IMG/VR virus record: IMGVR_UViG_2974673286_000001
Location: 89,269 to 153,268 of that record
Strand: one strand, 5' to 3'
Length of the DNA: 64,000 nt
DNA from: a virus
Taxonomy: Duplodnaviria; Caudoviricetes
Of this stretch, positions 46,323 through 55,388 are shown piece by piece. Position 1 is the stretch's first letter. Every line of letters starts with the position of its first letter. The notes under the pieces were generated by a model. That model saw nothing but the letters and a program-made list of their open reading frames with translations. It had not been told where the DNA came from and did no database searches. The translations under genes were made by a program, and so were the position numbers.

Positions 46323-46613
46323 ATGGATAAGCAGGAAATGAAAGAATACATATCAGAAGGTAACGACACCATGCTATTTGCAAACGGCTTCGATGAGGCA
46401 CTGATTGGAGTTGTTACTATCGCAGGACCTCAAGGTGCCTATGATACTGCACTCTATGATAGAGGTCGCTGCATTCGTATTCTAATTGAGAGGGATGGCA
46501 TGACGGAGGAAGATGCAGAGGAGTATTTTGAGTTCAATATTGCTAACTCTTACGTAGGAGAAGGTACTCCTGCTTATGCTACGATCTTAGCCAAGGGGGA
46601 CAACTGGGGGTGA
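46323..46613 (+). CDS. Conserved phage hypothetical protein
   Basis: GFDEALIG...AEEYFEFNI..YVGEGTP. Confidence 0.75.
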   Translation: MDKQEMKEYISEGNDTMLFANGFDEALIGVVTIAGPQGAYDTALYDRGRCIRILIERDGMTEEDAEEYFEFNIANSYVGEGTPAYATILAKGDNWG

Positions 46614-46957
46614 GGAGAAGTGAGTTTAGCTAAGTATATTAAAAACTTGATGGAAAACTCTGAGTACTGCCCAGTTCTAGGGAGATATATCCTTAAAAAA
46701 GATCATGAAGATTGTGAATGCAAGCGGAAATAAAGGAGCCCTCAAGGGTTCTTCTACGATATAGGTTACAATATTGACTGGAGGGTCTTTGAGTTGGTTA
46801 CAGTTAAGGACGTTATTGCAGAACTAGAAGAACAGATCAAGTATACTGAAAAGGGCGATGGCTACCAAGAGCAGTTGTCTGAAGCTATTCGAATACTTAG
46901 GGATCATGAGGGGAAGAGGGATTAAAAAAATCCTTCTTTTTTTTTGCATAAAAAGGG

Positions 46958-46986
46958 TAGACAGTACATATTCTGTATGTTATACT
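46958..46986 (+). promoter_or_regulatory. sigmaA-type promoter (TAGACA class)
   Basis: TAGACA-17-TATACT with TG extension; near-identical element at about 28380. Confidence 0.7.
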
Positions 46987-47041
46987 CTGGTTACAGAGTT
47001 AAACGACACCAAGATACAATAATATTATAGGAGGAATATAG

Positions 47042-47626
47042 ATGATCTATGTAAAGAAGTTGAACCTCAAGGAGACAGACAGAACCCCTGTTATTACAAT
47101 GGAGCAAGAGGAGGATTTAAAAAAATTAGTTGAGAAGTTCCCAGATAAGATGTCTGCAATCAAGCACGTAAATACTTACTATGGGGTATACCCAATAGGC
47201 AAAGGTGGACCCTTCGGGGACTACCTTGGTAGTCTGCATGATGTCAGTAAAAGTACTTTAATAGAAATTATTGCTACGGGAAAATATGCTGTGAACAATA
47301 CTTTTGAAGCGGCACTTGAACTCCTTAGACAGAAAGCAGAGGCTGATTTAAAAGAAGCAACCGAACAAAAATGTTTCTCTGAGGATCGCAGATATATTCA
47401 AGGGAATCTTGAAGGGGTTACCCGCTCACAGGAGGTAATCAAAGGGCTACTGTCCCAAAGGGTAGTATTAAGTGACTACTTTAATATCACACAAGACACT
47501 GAGAAGAACATACTAGTCCTTGCTCCTAAAGACGGTACAGACATTAAGGTAGGGAATAACAATACTGTAACTGTCAATCTAAAGTACATGGGTCTAGACT
47601 GGTCAGGTGACTTTGACGAAGAGTAA
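47042..47626 (+). CDS. Paralog-family protein C
   Basis: ITMEQ...IIATGKYAVNNTFE shared with 34216. Confidence 0.7.
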   Translation: MIYVKKLNLKETDRTPVITMEQEEDLKKLVEKFPDKMSAIKHVNTYYGVYPIGKGGPFGDYLGSLHDVSKSTLIEIIATGKYAVNNTFEAALELLRQKAEADLKEATEQKCFSEDRRYIQGNLEGVTRSQEVIKGLLSQRVVLSDYFNITQDTEKNILVLAPKDGTDIKVGNNNTVTVNLKYMGLDWSGDFDEE

Positions 47627-47636
47627 GGAGGGTAAT

Positions 47637-47915
47637 ATGAACGCACTAACAAAGAGACAGCTGGCTGTATTGGTAGGAGCTATGATGGATGCCTTAGCGG
47701 TCAGTATCAGCTCTAACCCAGAGAACGCACCTAGATTAGAAGATTTAAAAAGACTACCTGAGTGCGTTGAACTTATCACCAATATGCAAGGTGTTCCTTT
47801 TACAGAATTTGAAGAGCTATGTAACCTCCTGCTGGATATGTACAATGCAGAAGGGCGGGCAGAAGAGGAGCTGGATTTAATGCACCAGCCTCCTTCTAGC
47901 CCGTACATACACTAA
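47637..47915 (+). CDS. Hypothetical protein
   Basis: AAGGAGG RBS. Confidence 0.7.
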   Translation: MNALTKRQLAVLVGAMMDALAVSISSNPENAPRLEDLKRLPECVELITNMQGVPFTEFEELCNLLLDMYNAEGRAEEELDLMHQPPSSPYIH

Positions 47916-47942
47916 ACCGATTAGTAGAAAAGGAGAATAAAA

Positions 47943-48515
47943 ATGAAAGAACAGTGTAAATGTGCTTGTAGCTGCTACTCTGCTTTCGATCAGAAGCACG
48001 AGGCTATTATCGTAGGTTTTAAGGTACCTAGAGAATACGAAGTTAAACTAGGATTCGGAAGCACTCTTGAAGGTATGTTAGATGGGCTGAGAATTGAGAA
48101 GACAATTAATGATAGAACGTTCAGGAAAATGTATTACTATGATCTGATGGAAGGGGCTGAGGAGTTTGAAATCGCTAAAATAAGTGTGTCCGGTCCCCCT
48201 CATAACGTAGACAGTTTCATTGAGGTGCCTTTTGACAATTCTCGCAAATTTCAAGTGATAAACACCTATAGAAAAGCTGATGGCACTATTGTCTATGTTA
48301 TTGATTACTTTGAAACTGTAGATGCCCCAGAAAAAACATTGGAAGACTATCTCAATGATGTTATTGATAAAGTAAAGTCTAAGCTAAAGAGGGAAGCTAA
48401 CAAAGCTTTGGAAAGCGCAGTTTATGAGAAAGATAAAGAGATTCAGATGCTGAGAAGGCAGGTAGAGGAACTAAAAAAAGCCAAGACTTCGAAGGGCTTT
48501 TGGAAGCGGGGTTAA
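47943..48515 (+). CDS. Hypothetical protein with C-terminal coiled coil
   Basis: AAGGAG RBS. Confidence 0.7.
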   Translation: MKEQCKCACSCYSAFDQKHEAIIVGFKVPREYEVKLGFGSTLEGMLDGLRIEKTINDRTFRKMYYYDLMEGAEEFEIAKISVSGPPHNVDSFIEVPFDNSRKFQVINTYRKADGTIVYVIDYFETVDAPEKTLEDYLNDVIDKVKSKLKREANKALESAVYEKDKEIQMLRRQVEELKKAKTSKGFWKRG

Positions 48516-48672
48516 TAAAATGACCCCAGCTATCTTTTCAGCCATCGGTATTATCCTGTTCCTCTTTTCTGAGACTAAGACTGCCCGAGAATGGGGGCTA
48601 TCTTTGGTCTCAGAGGTTCTATCGGTTGTAACAATTAGTATTGGTTTTGCATTGCTTTTTACTTTATAGGGG

Positions 48673-48984
48673 GTGTATTTAATGAAAAGTAGTTATGAAG
48701 AGACTTATGATAGCTTCTGGAAAGGCATAGTAGAGGAGCCGATTGGTGAACTAGACCTTGATAAAGTGAAGCGAGAGCTTGCGGATTACAAGATTATGCT
48801 AGAAGAGGTTCCTGCTGTCTACGAGGAAGTTGCTGGACTATCGAAGCCTCTAACCCGGTCAGATGTAATTATTACTGCCTTGTACGATAGGTTTATCCAC
48901 AAGGAAGATGCTATATCGGACTTAGAACAAATGGCGGAAGATGGGAAAGTAAGCATTGAGCAGATCAAAGAGTACTTTGGATAA
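48673..48984 (+). CDS. Hypothetical protein
   Basis: RBS; ORF. Confidence 0.7.
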   Translation: MYLMKSSYEETYDSFWKGIVEEPIGELDLDKVKRELADYKIMLEEVPAVYEEVAGLSKPLTRSDVIITALYDRFIHKEDAISDLEQMAEDGKVSIEQIKEYFG

Positions 48985-49003
48985 AATAAAAGGAGGATAA
49001 ACA

Positions 49004-49231
49004 ATGGCACTTGTAAATGTAAACAAGACTATTAATCATAATAACAGAGGAGGAGGGGTAGGGGTTGTTAGTCTCCTTACTCTCATCTTTGTCACGCTGA
49101 AGCTGACTGGACACATCACATGGTCATGGTGGTGGGTACTATCTCCGCTATGGATTTCTGCGGGGCTTGTTATCGCACTTATCGCTGTTGTATTTGTAAT
49201 TGCCTTGATAGCAGCACTGTTAGAAAAATAA
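49004..49231 (+). CDS. Membrane protein (WSWWWV family)
   Basis: LKLTGHITWSWWWVLSPLW. Confidence 0.8.
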   Translation: MALVNVNKTINHNNRGGGVGVVSLLTLIFVTLKLTGHITWSWWWVLSPLWISAGLVIALIAVVFVIALIAALLEK

Positions 49232-49246
49232 GGAGGATCAGGATTA

Positions 49247-49576
49247 ATGAAATACGGACTTATTGTTGAAGGGGTTGTGGTTTCAACATACGACAACCCA
49301 AAAGAAGCTATGGAAGCTGCACAGTTTGCTCTAGAAGAATCGGGAGTGTTCCACCAAGTTAAACCAGTATATGAGTTTTCCAGCAGTGATCGTATCTTTA
49401 AGAAAGAGCTGCTAGAAGATATCGAGAGGTGGAAACAACAAGTTGAGCGGCAGGATAGTTGTCAGTCAGATCATGAGCGTTGTCCACTGTGTAATGAGCA
49501 GCTATTTTTCTGTGAGTGTGCTAAGGAAATGGCAGTAAATATCATGAGAAAACAGTTCGGGTACCCTATTTACTAG
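49247..49576 (+). CDS. Hypothetical protein with CxxC/CxC
   Basis: RBS. Confidence 0.7.
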   Translation: MKYGLIVEGVVVSTYDNPKEAMEAAQFALEESGVFHQVKPVYEFSSSDRIFKKELLEDIERWKQQVERQDSCQSDHERCPLCNEQLFFCECAKEMAVNIMRKQFGYPIY

Positions 49577-49615
49577 TAGCTCACTGGGTAGAGCTTAAAG
49601 GAGGAGAAAGAAGTA

Positions 49616-49972
49616 ATGCCAAATTTATACGGAAGTAACTGGATTCGACAAGCACCCAAGTTTACACATAAACAAGTAGAAGCACTAAAGGAGCTTAGCG
49701 TTATAGGGTCGTCTGATAGAAAACTAGCTGAAAAGTTAGATCACTATGGGTTCTGGACAGGTACACTAGCTGTCTTAAATAAAAAAAGTTTATCAGACAT
49801 ACTTTTCACGCTAAGTACAGGTAGCTATGAGTTAGCTGTTGATGACTATGAGATGTTCTTAATGGAGAAAACAGAATACTGGTGTAATATAAACAAGGAT
49901 AAGCAAACAGCGTATGAAAGAGCCCTTACGGAGTACCGAGAGTTTAAAGAGTTCAAAGAGTCACAACAGTAG
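49616..49972 (+). CDS. Paralog-family protein D
   Basis: FTHKQVEALKEL...LSTGSYEL...AYERALTEY. Confidence 0.7.
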   Translation: MPNLYGSNWIRQAPKFTHKQVEALKELSVIGSSDRKLAEKLDHYGFWTGTLAVLNKKSLSDILFTLSTGSYELAVDDYEMFLMEKTEYWCNINKDKQTAYERALTEYREFKEFKESQQ

Positions 49973-49984
49973 GAGGGACGATTT

Positions 49985-50536
49985 ATGATCGAGGAAATTC
50001 AGTTTTTAAAAGACCTACAGCAAGAGTTAAAGACACAAGACAATGACTGTCAAGCAGCCCCGAGGTTTTGGACATTAATGGACTATCGGTGGGTTGAGAC
50101 TTCCCCTGATGAGTATGAGAGAATATCAATTGTCTTCCCTGAAGAGTATGAGGATTATGTTTTAGACGATCTAGTCAGCGATATCATTAACTATAATCCT
50201 GACTGTTCGTATTGCTATACCGTAGACCACGATGCTATTGATGACTTGCGAGAAATGGTGGACTACTTCATGACCGATGAGGACGAGCTGCTGAAGTGGT
50301 TTCAAACTAACATCGACAGCGAAGCGTATCTTGTCTATACAAAAGAAGAAGAGTTTATTGTCCCTAACACTATGTTCCTTACAAAGCAGGAAGCTAAGAA
50401 CCATATTAAACTTAACCATTACCACTACACTAGTAAGGTACACACATACGCTATGACAGCATGGAGAGCACCTAAAGTAGAGAAGCTGCTGAACATTTTG
50501 GAGAACTTTGACTGGGACTCTCTAAAAGAGGACTAA
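49985..50536 (+). CDS. Conserved acidic phage protein
   Basis: TQDNDCQAAPRFW...FLTKQEAKNHIKLNHYHY. Confidence 0.75.
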   Translation: MIEEIQFLKDLQQELKTQDNDCQAAPRFWTLMDYRWVETSPDEYERISIVFPEEYEDYVLDDLVSDIINYNPDCSYCYTVDHDAIDDLREMVDYFMTDEDELLKWFQTNIDSEAYLVYTKEEEFIVPNTMFLTKQEAKNHIKLNHYHYTSKVHTYAMTAWRAPKVEKLLNILENFDWDSLKED

Positions 50537-50582
50537 ACCCTTAGTAGCTCGCTGGATGAAATATGATCGGAGGAGATAGTTG

Positions 50583-50753
50583 ATGTCAATTGAACTATAT
50601 TTAAGGAACCGCAACCGTGGGAAGTCGATGGAAGAGGTTCAAAAGAAGTACGGGTTAAGTGAAGGTTCGGTCTACACTCTAGAGCTGGGGTACCAGTGCT
50701 ACTTAAAGGGGCTTCCCTTAGATAGTGCTATAGAAGTTATTAAACGCTACTAA
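50583..50753 (+). CDS. Small HTH-like protein (56 aa)
   Basis: GGAGG RBS; GKSMEEVQKKYGLSEGSVYTLE. Confidence 0.6.
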   Translation: MSIELYLRNRNRGKSMEEVQKKYGLSEGSVYTLELGYQCYLKGLPLDSAIEVIKRY

Positions 50754-50801
50754 ACTTTAGTAGCTCATTGGATTGACAATAAACGAAGGGCGGAAACAGT
50801 T

Positions 50802-51044
50802 ATGCAAGCATTTAGAGTGACCTATAATATTGGAGGCAGCTCAGGTAAGCAGGAAGTTCTATTACTTCAGTCTTACCCTCCGCCTACAAACGAAGACTTA
50901 GAACATGCACTAAGTAAAAAAGACCCACTGTTTGATCCGAGTTTTCCCTTTTGCAAGGTTACAAAGAAACAGGAGCTGTCAATGGATCAGGTAAAGATTA
51001 CAGACCTATCAATTACTGAGATGCAGATACTTTTTGGTCTTTAA
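50802..51044 (+). CDS. Hypothetical protein
   Basis: Bounded by repeat motifs. Confidence 0.7.
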   Translation: MQAFRVTYNIGGSSGKQEVLLLQSYPPPTNEDLEHALSKKDPLFDPSFPFCKVTKKQELSMDQVKITDLSITEMQILFGL

Positions 51045-51087
51045 ACCTTAGTAGCTCACTGGATCAAACTTGATTGAGGTGACAATA

Positions 51088-51261
51088 ATGAAAGAGATTA
51101 GACCTAAGGAGATTACACTAGAGACTGAAGAGGATGTACAGCGATTCTGTGATCTGTTCGATGGTACTAAGCTATCTCCGGGAATACTACGAGCACGAGA
51201 GATGCTAAAAAATCATAGGTCCGTTCCGTTTATTAATAAGGATAAAAACCCTAAAACGTAA
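51088..51261 (+). CDS. Hypothetical protein
   Basis: GAGGTG RBS; bounded by repeat motifs. Confidence 0.65.
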   Translation: MKEIRPKEITLETEEDVQRFCDLFDGTKLSPGILRAREMLKNHRSVPFINKDKNPKT

Positions 51262-51304
51262 GTAGCTCCCTGTATGAGGTTCAATCGAAGGAGGAAATGT
51301 TAAT

Positions 51305-51706
51305 ATGAAAAAGAAACTTGTAACGTTGTTTGTTGGTCTTGCGGCAATTATCTCACTGGCAGGCTGCTCTTCAGAATCAGATGTTGTATCAGAAAACCTG
51401 TCAAAGTCTGCTGATTCATTTGAGGTGCAGCGGAGAGTTGTATTCTTTAATGGAATCACTGACAAGTACCTACTGACTATTGAGGGGCTTTGTGCGCTAG
51501 ACACTAGTAGCTCAAAGAAACTAACTGTCACTTGTAAAATTGGAAAAGATCAGTACAAGAAGCACTACCTTGGACTAAGTGACAATGTTAGTTACTTTGT
51601 AGAGCAGACAGACGCTAAGTATGAGGATGCTTTCCACTATAAGGTGCTATTCCGTCCAGAGCAGATTGTCCCAGACATTGACCTACAAACAAGTAAAGGT
51701 AAGTAA
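51305..51706 (+). CDS. Lipoprotein
   Basis: Lipobox LAGC; conserved RRVVFFNGITDKY. Confidence 0.85.
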   Translation: MKKKLVTLFVGLAAIISLAGCSSESDVVSENLSKSADSFEVQRRVVFFNGITDKYLLTIEGLCALDTSSSKKLTVTCKIGKDQYKKHYLGLSDNVSYFVEQTDAKYEDAFHYKVLFRPEQIVPDIDLQTSKGK

Positions 51707-51750
51707 AACCTTAGTAGCTCATTGGATTGGGCTTGACTGGAGGTGATAAT

Positions 51751-51960
51751 ATGGAAAAGAAGAGCGAGGAAAAAGTAGTATTTATGCTCAAAGATCAAGT
51801 TATTGCTGTATCATCTCAGCAGCCAGAAGCAAATATCCGCACTGGTGAGATTTGTACTATGTGTAAGAAAGGGGTAATGTGCAAAACATCCGAAGACAGT
51901 ACAATTAAGTGGTGCGATAATTGTTCTATGGGGGTGATAGGAGAAATGAAGAAACCTTAG
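51751..51960 (+). CDS. Zn-ribbon protein
   Basis: CTMC...CDNC; GGAGGTG RBS. Confidence 0.7.
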   Translation: MEKKSEEKVVFMLKDQVIAVSSQQPEANIRTGEICTMCKKGVMCKTSEDSTIKWCDNCSMGVIGEMKKP

Positions 51961-51999
51961 TAGCTCCCTGTACAGAGGTCAATCGAAGGAGGTGACACA

Positions 52000-52155
52000 A
52001 TGGAAGACAAAAAGACGACTGTAGAGTTTAGACCTATTGAGTTTAACATTAGAACAGACGAGCCATGCCCTTTTTGTAGTAAAGGTGTAATGTATAAAAC
52101 TGACGAAGAAGGCATTGATACGAAGAAGTGTAACACCTGCCACATAGCGCTTTAG
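52000..52155 (+). CDS. Zn-ribbon protein (51 aa), paralog of previous
   Basis: NIRTDEPCPFCSKGVMYKT...CNTC; AAGGAGGTG RBS. Confidence 0.7.
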   Translation: MEDKKTTVEFRPIEFNIRTDEPCPFCSKGVMYKTDEEGIDTKKCNTCHIAL

Positions 52156-52191
52156 GAGTGGACAGACGTAAACTGTAGTAGCTCACTGCAC

Positions 52192-52245
52192 AGACCTTGA
52201 TTGACCTTAGTAGCTCCCTGCAACGAGGTCGATTGAGGTCTTTTT
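52192..52245 (+). terminator. Long hairpin terminator with the repeat motif in its loop
   Basis: 16-bp stem 52192-52207/52226-52241 (three G-U pairs) plus T run. Confidence 0.7.
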
Positions 52246-52341
52246 CATATTTTCAAAAGAAAAAAAAATATTAAAAAAGGTGTTGACCAATCGTCAATAT
52301 CATTATATACTAGAGTCAAGAAAGCAAGGGAGGGATTAATC

Positions 52342-52518
52342 GTGACACTAAATGAAAAGCGGGAACAAAAGAGAACAAAGAAATACAATAAACGCATAAA
52401 GCTATGTTTTCTCATTATACTGTGTGTAATTTGCTACTATGTAGGGTTCGGGCATGGGCAAGCATCCGCATATTTAAAGAAGCATGACGATGTGAACCTA
52501 GCTCCTAGATCAAAATAA
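52342..52518 (+). CDS. Small membrane protein (58 aa)
   Basis: GGGAGG RBS, GTG start; basic N-terminus plus one TM segment. Confidence 0.65.
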   Translation: MTLNEKREQKRTKKYNKRIKLCFLIILCVICYYVGFGHGQASAYLKKHDDVNLAPRSK

Positions 52519-52641
52519 AAAGAGGTACTAACACAAGGCTAGTACCTTCCAAGCAAGGAACTGGTATTCATCCAGTACAATGAGGGCAAGAGGGCGTTAC
52601 GTCATACATAAGGAATACGTCAGATGGTTGCTAACGCCCTC
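52517..52641 (-). ncRNA. Putative structured small RNA (about 125 nt)
   Basis: Minus-strand TTGACA(52674-52669)-17-TGnTATTTT promoter, two hairpins, terminator hairpin AGGTACTA/TAGTACCT plus U run. Confidence 0.6.
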
Positions 52642-52699
52642 TGATAAAATAACATCTACTATAGAAGTTGTCAAGTATCGAAAGGAGGTTCCACTATAC

Positions 52700-52894
52700 A
52701 TGGCTTGGTTCGGTGGAGATAAGGAGATGCAGGAAAAACTATTTCAAAGGCTACTAAAAGCAGGTAGAAAATCTTATGTAGTAGAAGCTCACGCAGACGG
52801 TATGCTTGAATATGCAAAGTCTAGAGGGGTTGAACTTCATAAGAGTAAGATAAACTTTCTACACGTTCTAGATGTTAAACAAAAAAGGTGTTGA
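52700..52894 (+). CDS. Hypothetical protein
   Basis: AAAGGAGGT RBS before ATG 52700. Confidence 0.7.
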   Translation: MAWFGGDKEMQEKLFQRLLKAGRKSYVVEAHADGMLEYAKSRGVELHKSKINFLHVLDVKQKRC

Positions 52895-52956
52895 CTTTTA
52901 ATCAACTAAGTGATATACTAGAGCTAAGGTTAAGTTAAACAAGGAGGAGTAACTCT

Positions 52957-53238
52957 ATGTTAAAAATTACTTTATATGATGATGGTAGGTTTGAGACTGA
53001 AGAGGTTGAACACTCTGATTACTTGGATAGAATGGAAAATAAATCTGTTGGTGGGTATCAGTTCGTCTATGGCACAGAGAGCGGCGAGGTTATTCTCCTA
53101 GACGGTGACAAAAAGGAATATCATTTTAATAGGATCATGAAATCAAAATTCAGGGAAGTTGACAAGGAAATAAAAAGGTTAGAACAAACTAAGAAAGAGT
53201 TATTGAAAATCGGTCAAGAAATTAGTAAAGTTTTTTAA
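52957..53238 (+). CDS. Early hypothetical protein
   Basis: Own promoter and RBS. Confidence 0.75.
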   Translation: MLKITLYDDGRFETEEVEHSDYLDRMENKSVGGYQFVYGTESGEVILLDGDKKEYHFNRIMKSKFREVDKEIKRLEQTKKELLKIGQEISKVF

Positions 53239-53306
53239 AAAAGGTGTTGACTTTTAATCAATAAGGTAGTATACTTAAGTTATCAAATACAGGGAGCTGA
53301 TTTTAA

Positions 53307-53675
53307 ATGGAAACAAACGAATTGAAATGGGAAGCATACGGAGACGTTAATCCTTTTGATCATGGAGGTCTTTGGGTTCTACCCAATAAAGATACTAACA
53401 CAGACTTCTTCATTGTAAGAGTCATCCCAATGGAAGCCTATAGAGAGGGAACAGATTATCTTGTAGAGGATGTAAGAATTGACTTGAAAGACCGCTGGAT
53501 TGAGTTGGACAGTGTAAAGGACTATATCGGGGCAGATGAAAACACTGATAATATTCAGTTAGCAATCGGAGTTCTCGACTATTATGGAGCTGAAAACTGT
53601 GGCGGCAGTGTACTACGGTTTGCTACTGAGGAAGAAGCTAGGGCAGACGTAGAAGCGCATGGGATTGATCTTTAA
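53307..53675 (+). CDS. Early acidic protein
   Basis: Own promoter and RBS; GDVNPFDHGG. Confidence 0.75.
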   Translation: METNELKWEAYGDVNPFDHGGLWVLPNKDTNTDFFIVRVIPMEAYREGTDYLVEDVRIDLKDRWIELDSVKDYIGADENTDNIQLAIGVLDYYGAENCGGSVLRFATEEEARADVEAHGIDL

Positions 53676-53780
53676 TTGGATAGGGGCTTAAAAAGCTCCT
53701 AACTTATTTTAAAAAAGGGTGTTGACTTTAGATCAATACCCTGATATACTTAAGTCATACCAAACAAGGGAGAGGTTAAG

Positions 53781-54050
53781 ATGAGCTGGACTTCATTTAC
53801 AGACACAGGACGTAGTATTGCAGAAGATATTGTTAAGGCTATTGAGTTAAAAGGTGTTCCTGCGAGGATTGACAGAATATACTGGGATGAAGGTGCAGGT
53901 GTTAAAATTGATACCATTGTTACAGAGAGCCAAATGGAGAATACAAAAGGGATGGAGTTTCAGTTACTAAACCCTGCGGACATAGAGAAAATGAATGACG
54001 GCACTATAACAACAGAAGAAATTACTGAGATAACATCAAGAATGTTTTAA
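53781..54050 (+). CDS. Early hypothetical protein
   Basis: Own promoter and RBS. Confidence 0.75.
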   Translation: MSWTSFTDTGRSIAEDIVKAIELKGVPARIDRIYWDEGAGVKIDTIVTESQMENTKGMEFQLLNPADIEKMNDGTITTEEITEITSRMF

Positions 54051-54148
54051 AAAACTTTAAAAAGGGTGTTGACTTTAAATCAATACCCTGATATACTTAA
54101 GTTATAGCAAGGAAACATTACATAAAAACAAAAAAGGGAGAGGTTAAC

Positions 54149-55060
54149 ATGGAAAACAAGAAAATGAGTACAGAGGAAATTTATGCAGCGGTACAGAACA
54201 TTTTAGGGCAGCACTCTTACGTAGAGGACAACGGAGACGGAACATACGCAGTAGAGGTTTATGTAGACCACACTGACGAGTTGGGAGATGCTCAGTTAGA
54301 AGCTATCTCACAGGCAGATAACCCACATGATGCGTTTATCGAGTCATTAGACGAGTACGTTTTCGAGTGCGAGGAGTATGCTAAATTTGCATTGTTTGAT
54401 GATATTAAAAGTGAATGGGATGAAGAAAAACACGGATACTTTGGAGATGTTAGAGATGCTGTCCTAGACTTTCTTGATACAAATGTACATGCAGACTTTC
54501 CTTATGAGCATTTCTTACAACAGAAGGTGTTGGTTAACCTTGTAGTAGACGCAGGAGATGCGGACTATGACTACACACTCAACTGCTTTGCACACAGTTT
54601 CTACTATGACGATGATCAGTTATCACCGGAAAGCGGTCTTGTATGGTTAGTAAAACAGCAAGGGCACAGTGTAGAAGAATTGATTGACGTGATCAACAGT
54701 GAAGAAGGGAACGGAAATAAGTTTATTGATTCTATTGTAAATGAATCTGCTAATGTTACAACTTCAATGAACGCACTAGCATTCAGTGTACAAATGAGCT
54801 TAGAGGATTTCATCAAGATTAAAGAAAACAAAGTTGATCTGACTTTAGGAAAGAGTACAACAGCAGGGCTTGTAGATTATTGGAGTGGTGCTGGAAGTGT
54901 GCATGACATCCAACTAGATAAAGAAGTTACATTGCCGCATAACATGTATGATGCCCATATTGATGGGGCACGAGGTTATGGAATTATGGAGATATACGGT
55001 GTAGGCTCTGACTTTTGGACTAACACGGTTGTCTCTATGGAGGTGAAAGGCAATGAGTAA
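54149..55060 (+). CDS. Early highly acidic protein
   Basis: Own promoter and RBS; D/E-rich 303 aa. Confidence 0.8.
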   Translation: MENKKMSTEEIYAAVQNILGQHSYVEDNGDGTYAVEVYVDHTDELGDAQLEAISQADNPHDAFIESLDEYVFECEEYAKFALFDDIKSEWDEEKHGYFGDVRDAVLDFLDTNVHADFPYEHFLQQKVLVNLVVDAGDADYDYTLNCFAHSFYYDDDQLSPESGLVWLVKQQGHSVEELIDVINSEEGNGNKFIDSIVNESANVTTSMNALAFSVQMSLEDFIKIKENKVDLTLGKSTTAGLVDYWSGAGSVHDIQLDKEVTLPHNMYDAHIDGARGYGIMEIYGVGSDFWTNTVVSMEVKGNE

Positions 55061-55388
55061 CTTTACGTTACTACCTGTAAATGATATTATAGAGCTATAC
55101 TCTTCCTGTTTAAGGGAGGGTATAGCAGACCAAGAAGAAAAGAACTACAGAACAAAAGATGGCAGTATAACTGTTATTGTATCTCCTTCTAATCATTACA
55201 TTGAAGCCTACTCTAAACACATTAGAGTGGTACGGTTATACTTTATGAAAGATAACATTACATGGGGAAGTGCAATAACAGGAGAAAGCGAAAAATATCA
55301 CCTTGTAGACTTAGCGGCGGCATTGACTTTGTCCTCAAAGTATGAGACAATTAAAATTGAAAAGGGGTTGTATTTCAATGTTCAATAG
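55053..55388 (+). CDS. Hypothetical protein
   Basis: GGAGGTG RBS. Confidence 0.7.
   Translation: MSNFTLLPVNDIIELYSSCLREGIADQEEKNYRTKDGSITVIVSPSNHYIEAYSKHIRVVRLYFMKDNITWGSAITGESEKYHLVDLAAALTLSSKYETIKIEKGLYFNVQ

Larger units (their letters stand above)
49574..52225 (+). repeat. Nine dispersed intergenic copies of (AAACCT)TAGTAGCTC[ACG][CT]TG
   Basis: Core at 49574, 50542, 50758, 51049, 51260 (AAGTAGCTC), 51712, 51958, 52176, 52208. Confidence 0.9.

Noticed and set aside
49574-52225. Repeat array interpreted as CRISPR
   Set aside because: Repeats are short and degenerate, spacing is irregular (about 30-970 bp) and filled by genes, and no cas genes are present
52580-52699. N-terminal extension of ORF 52580-52894
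   Set aside because: A strong RBS precedes ATG 52700, and the upstream part is better explained by the antisense sRNA
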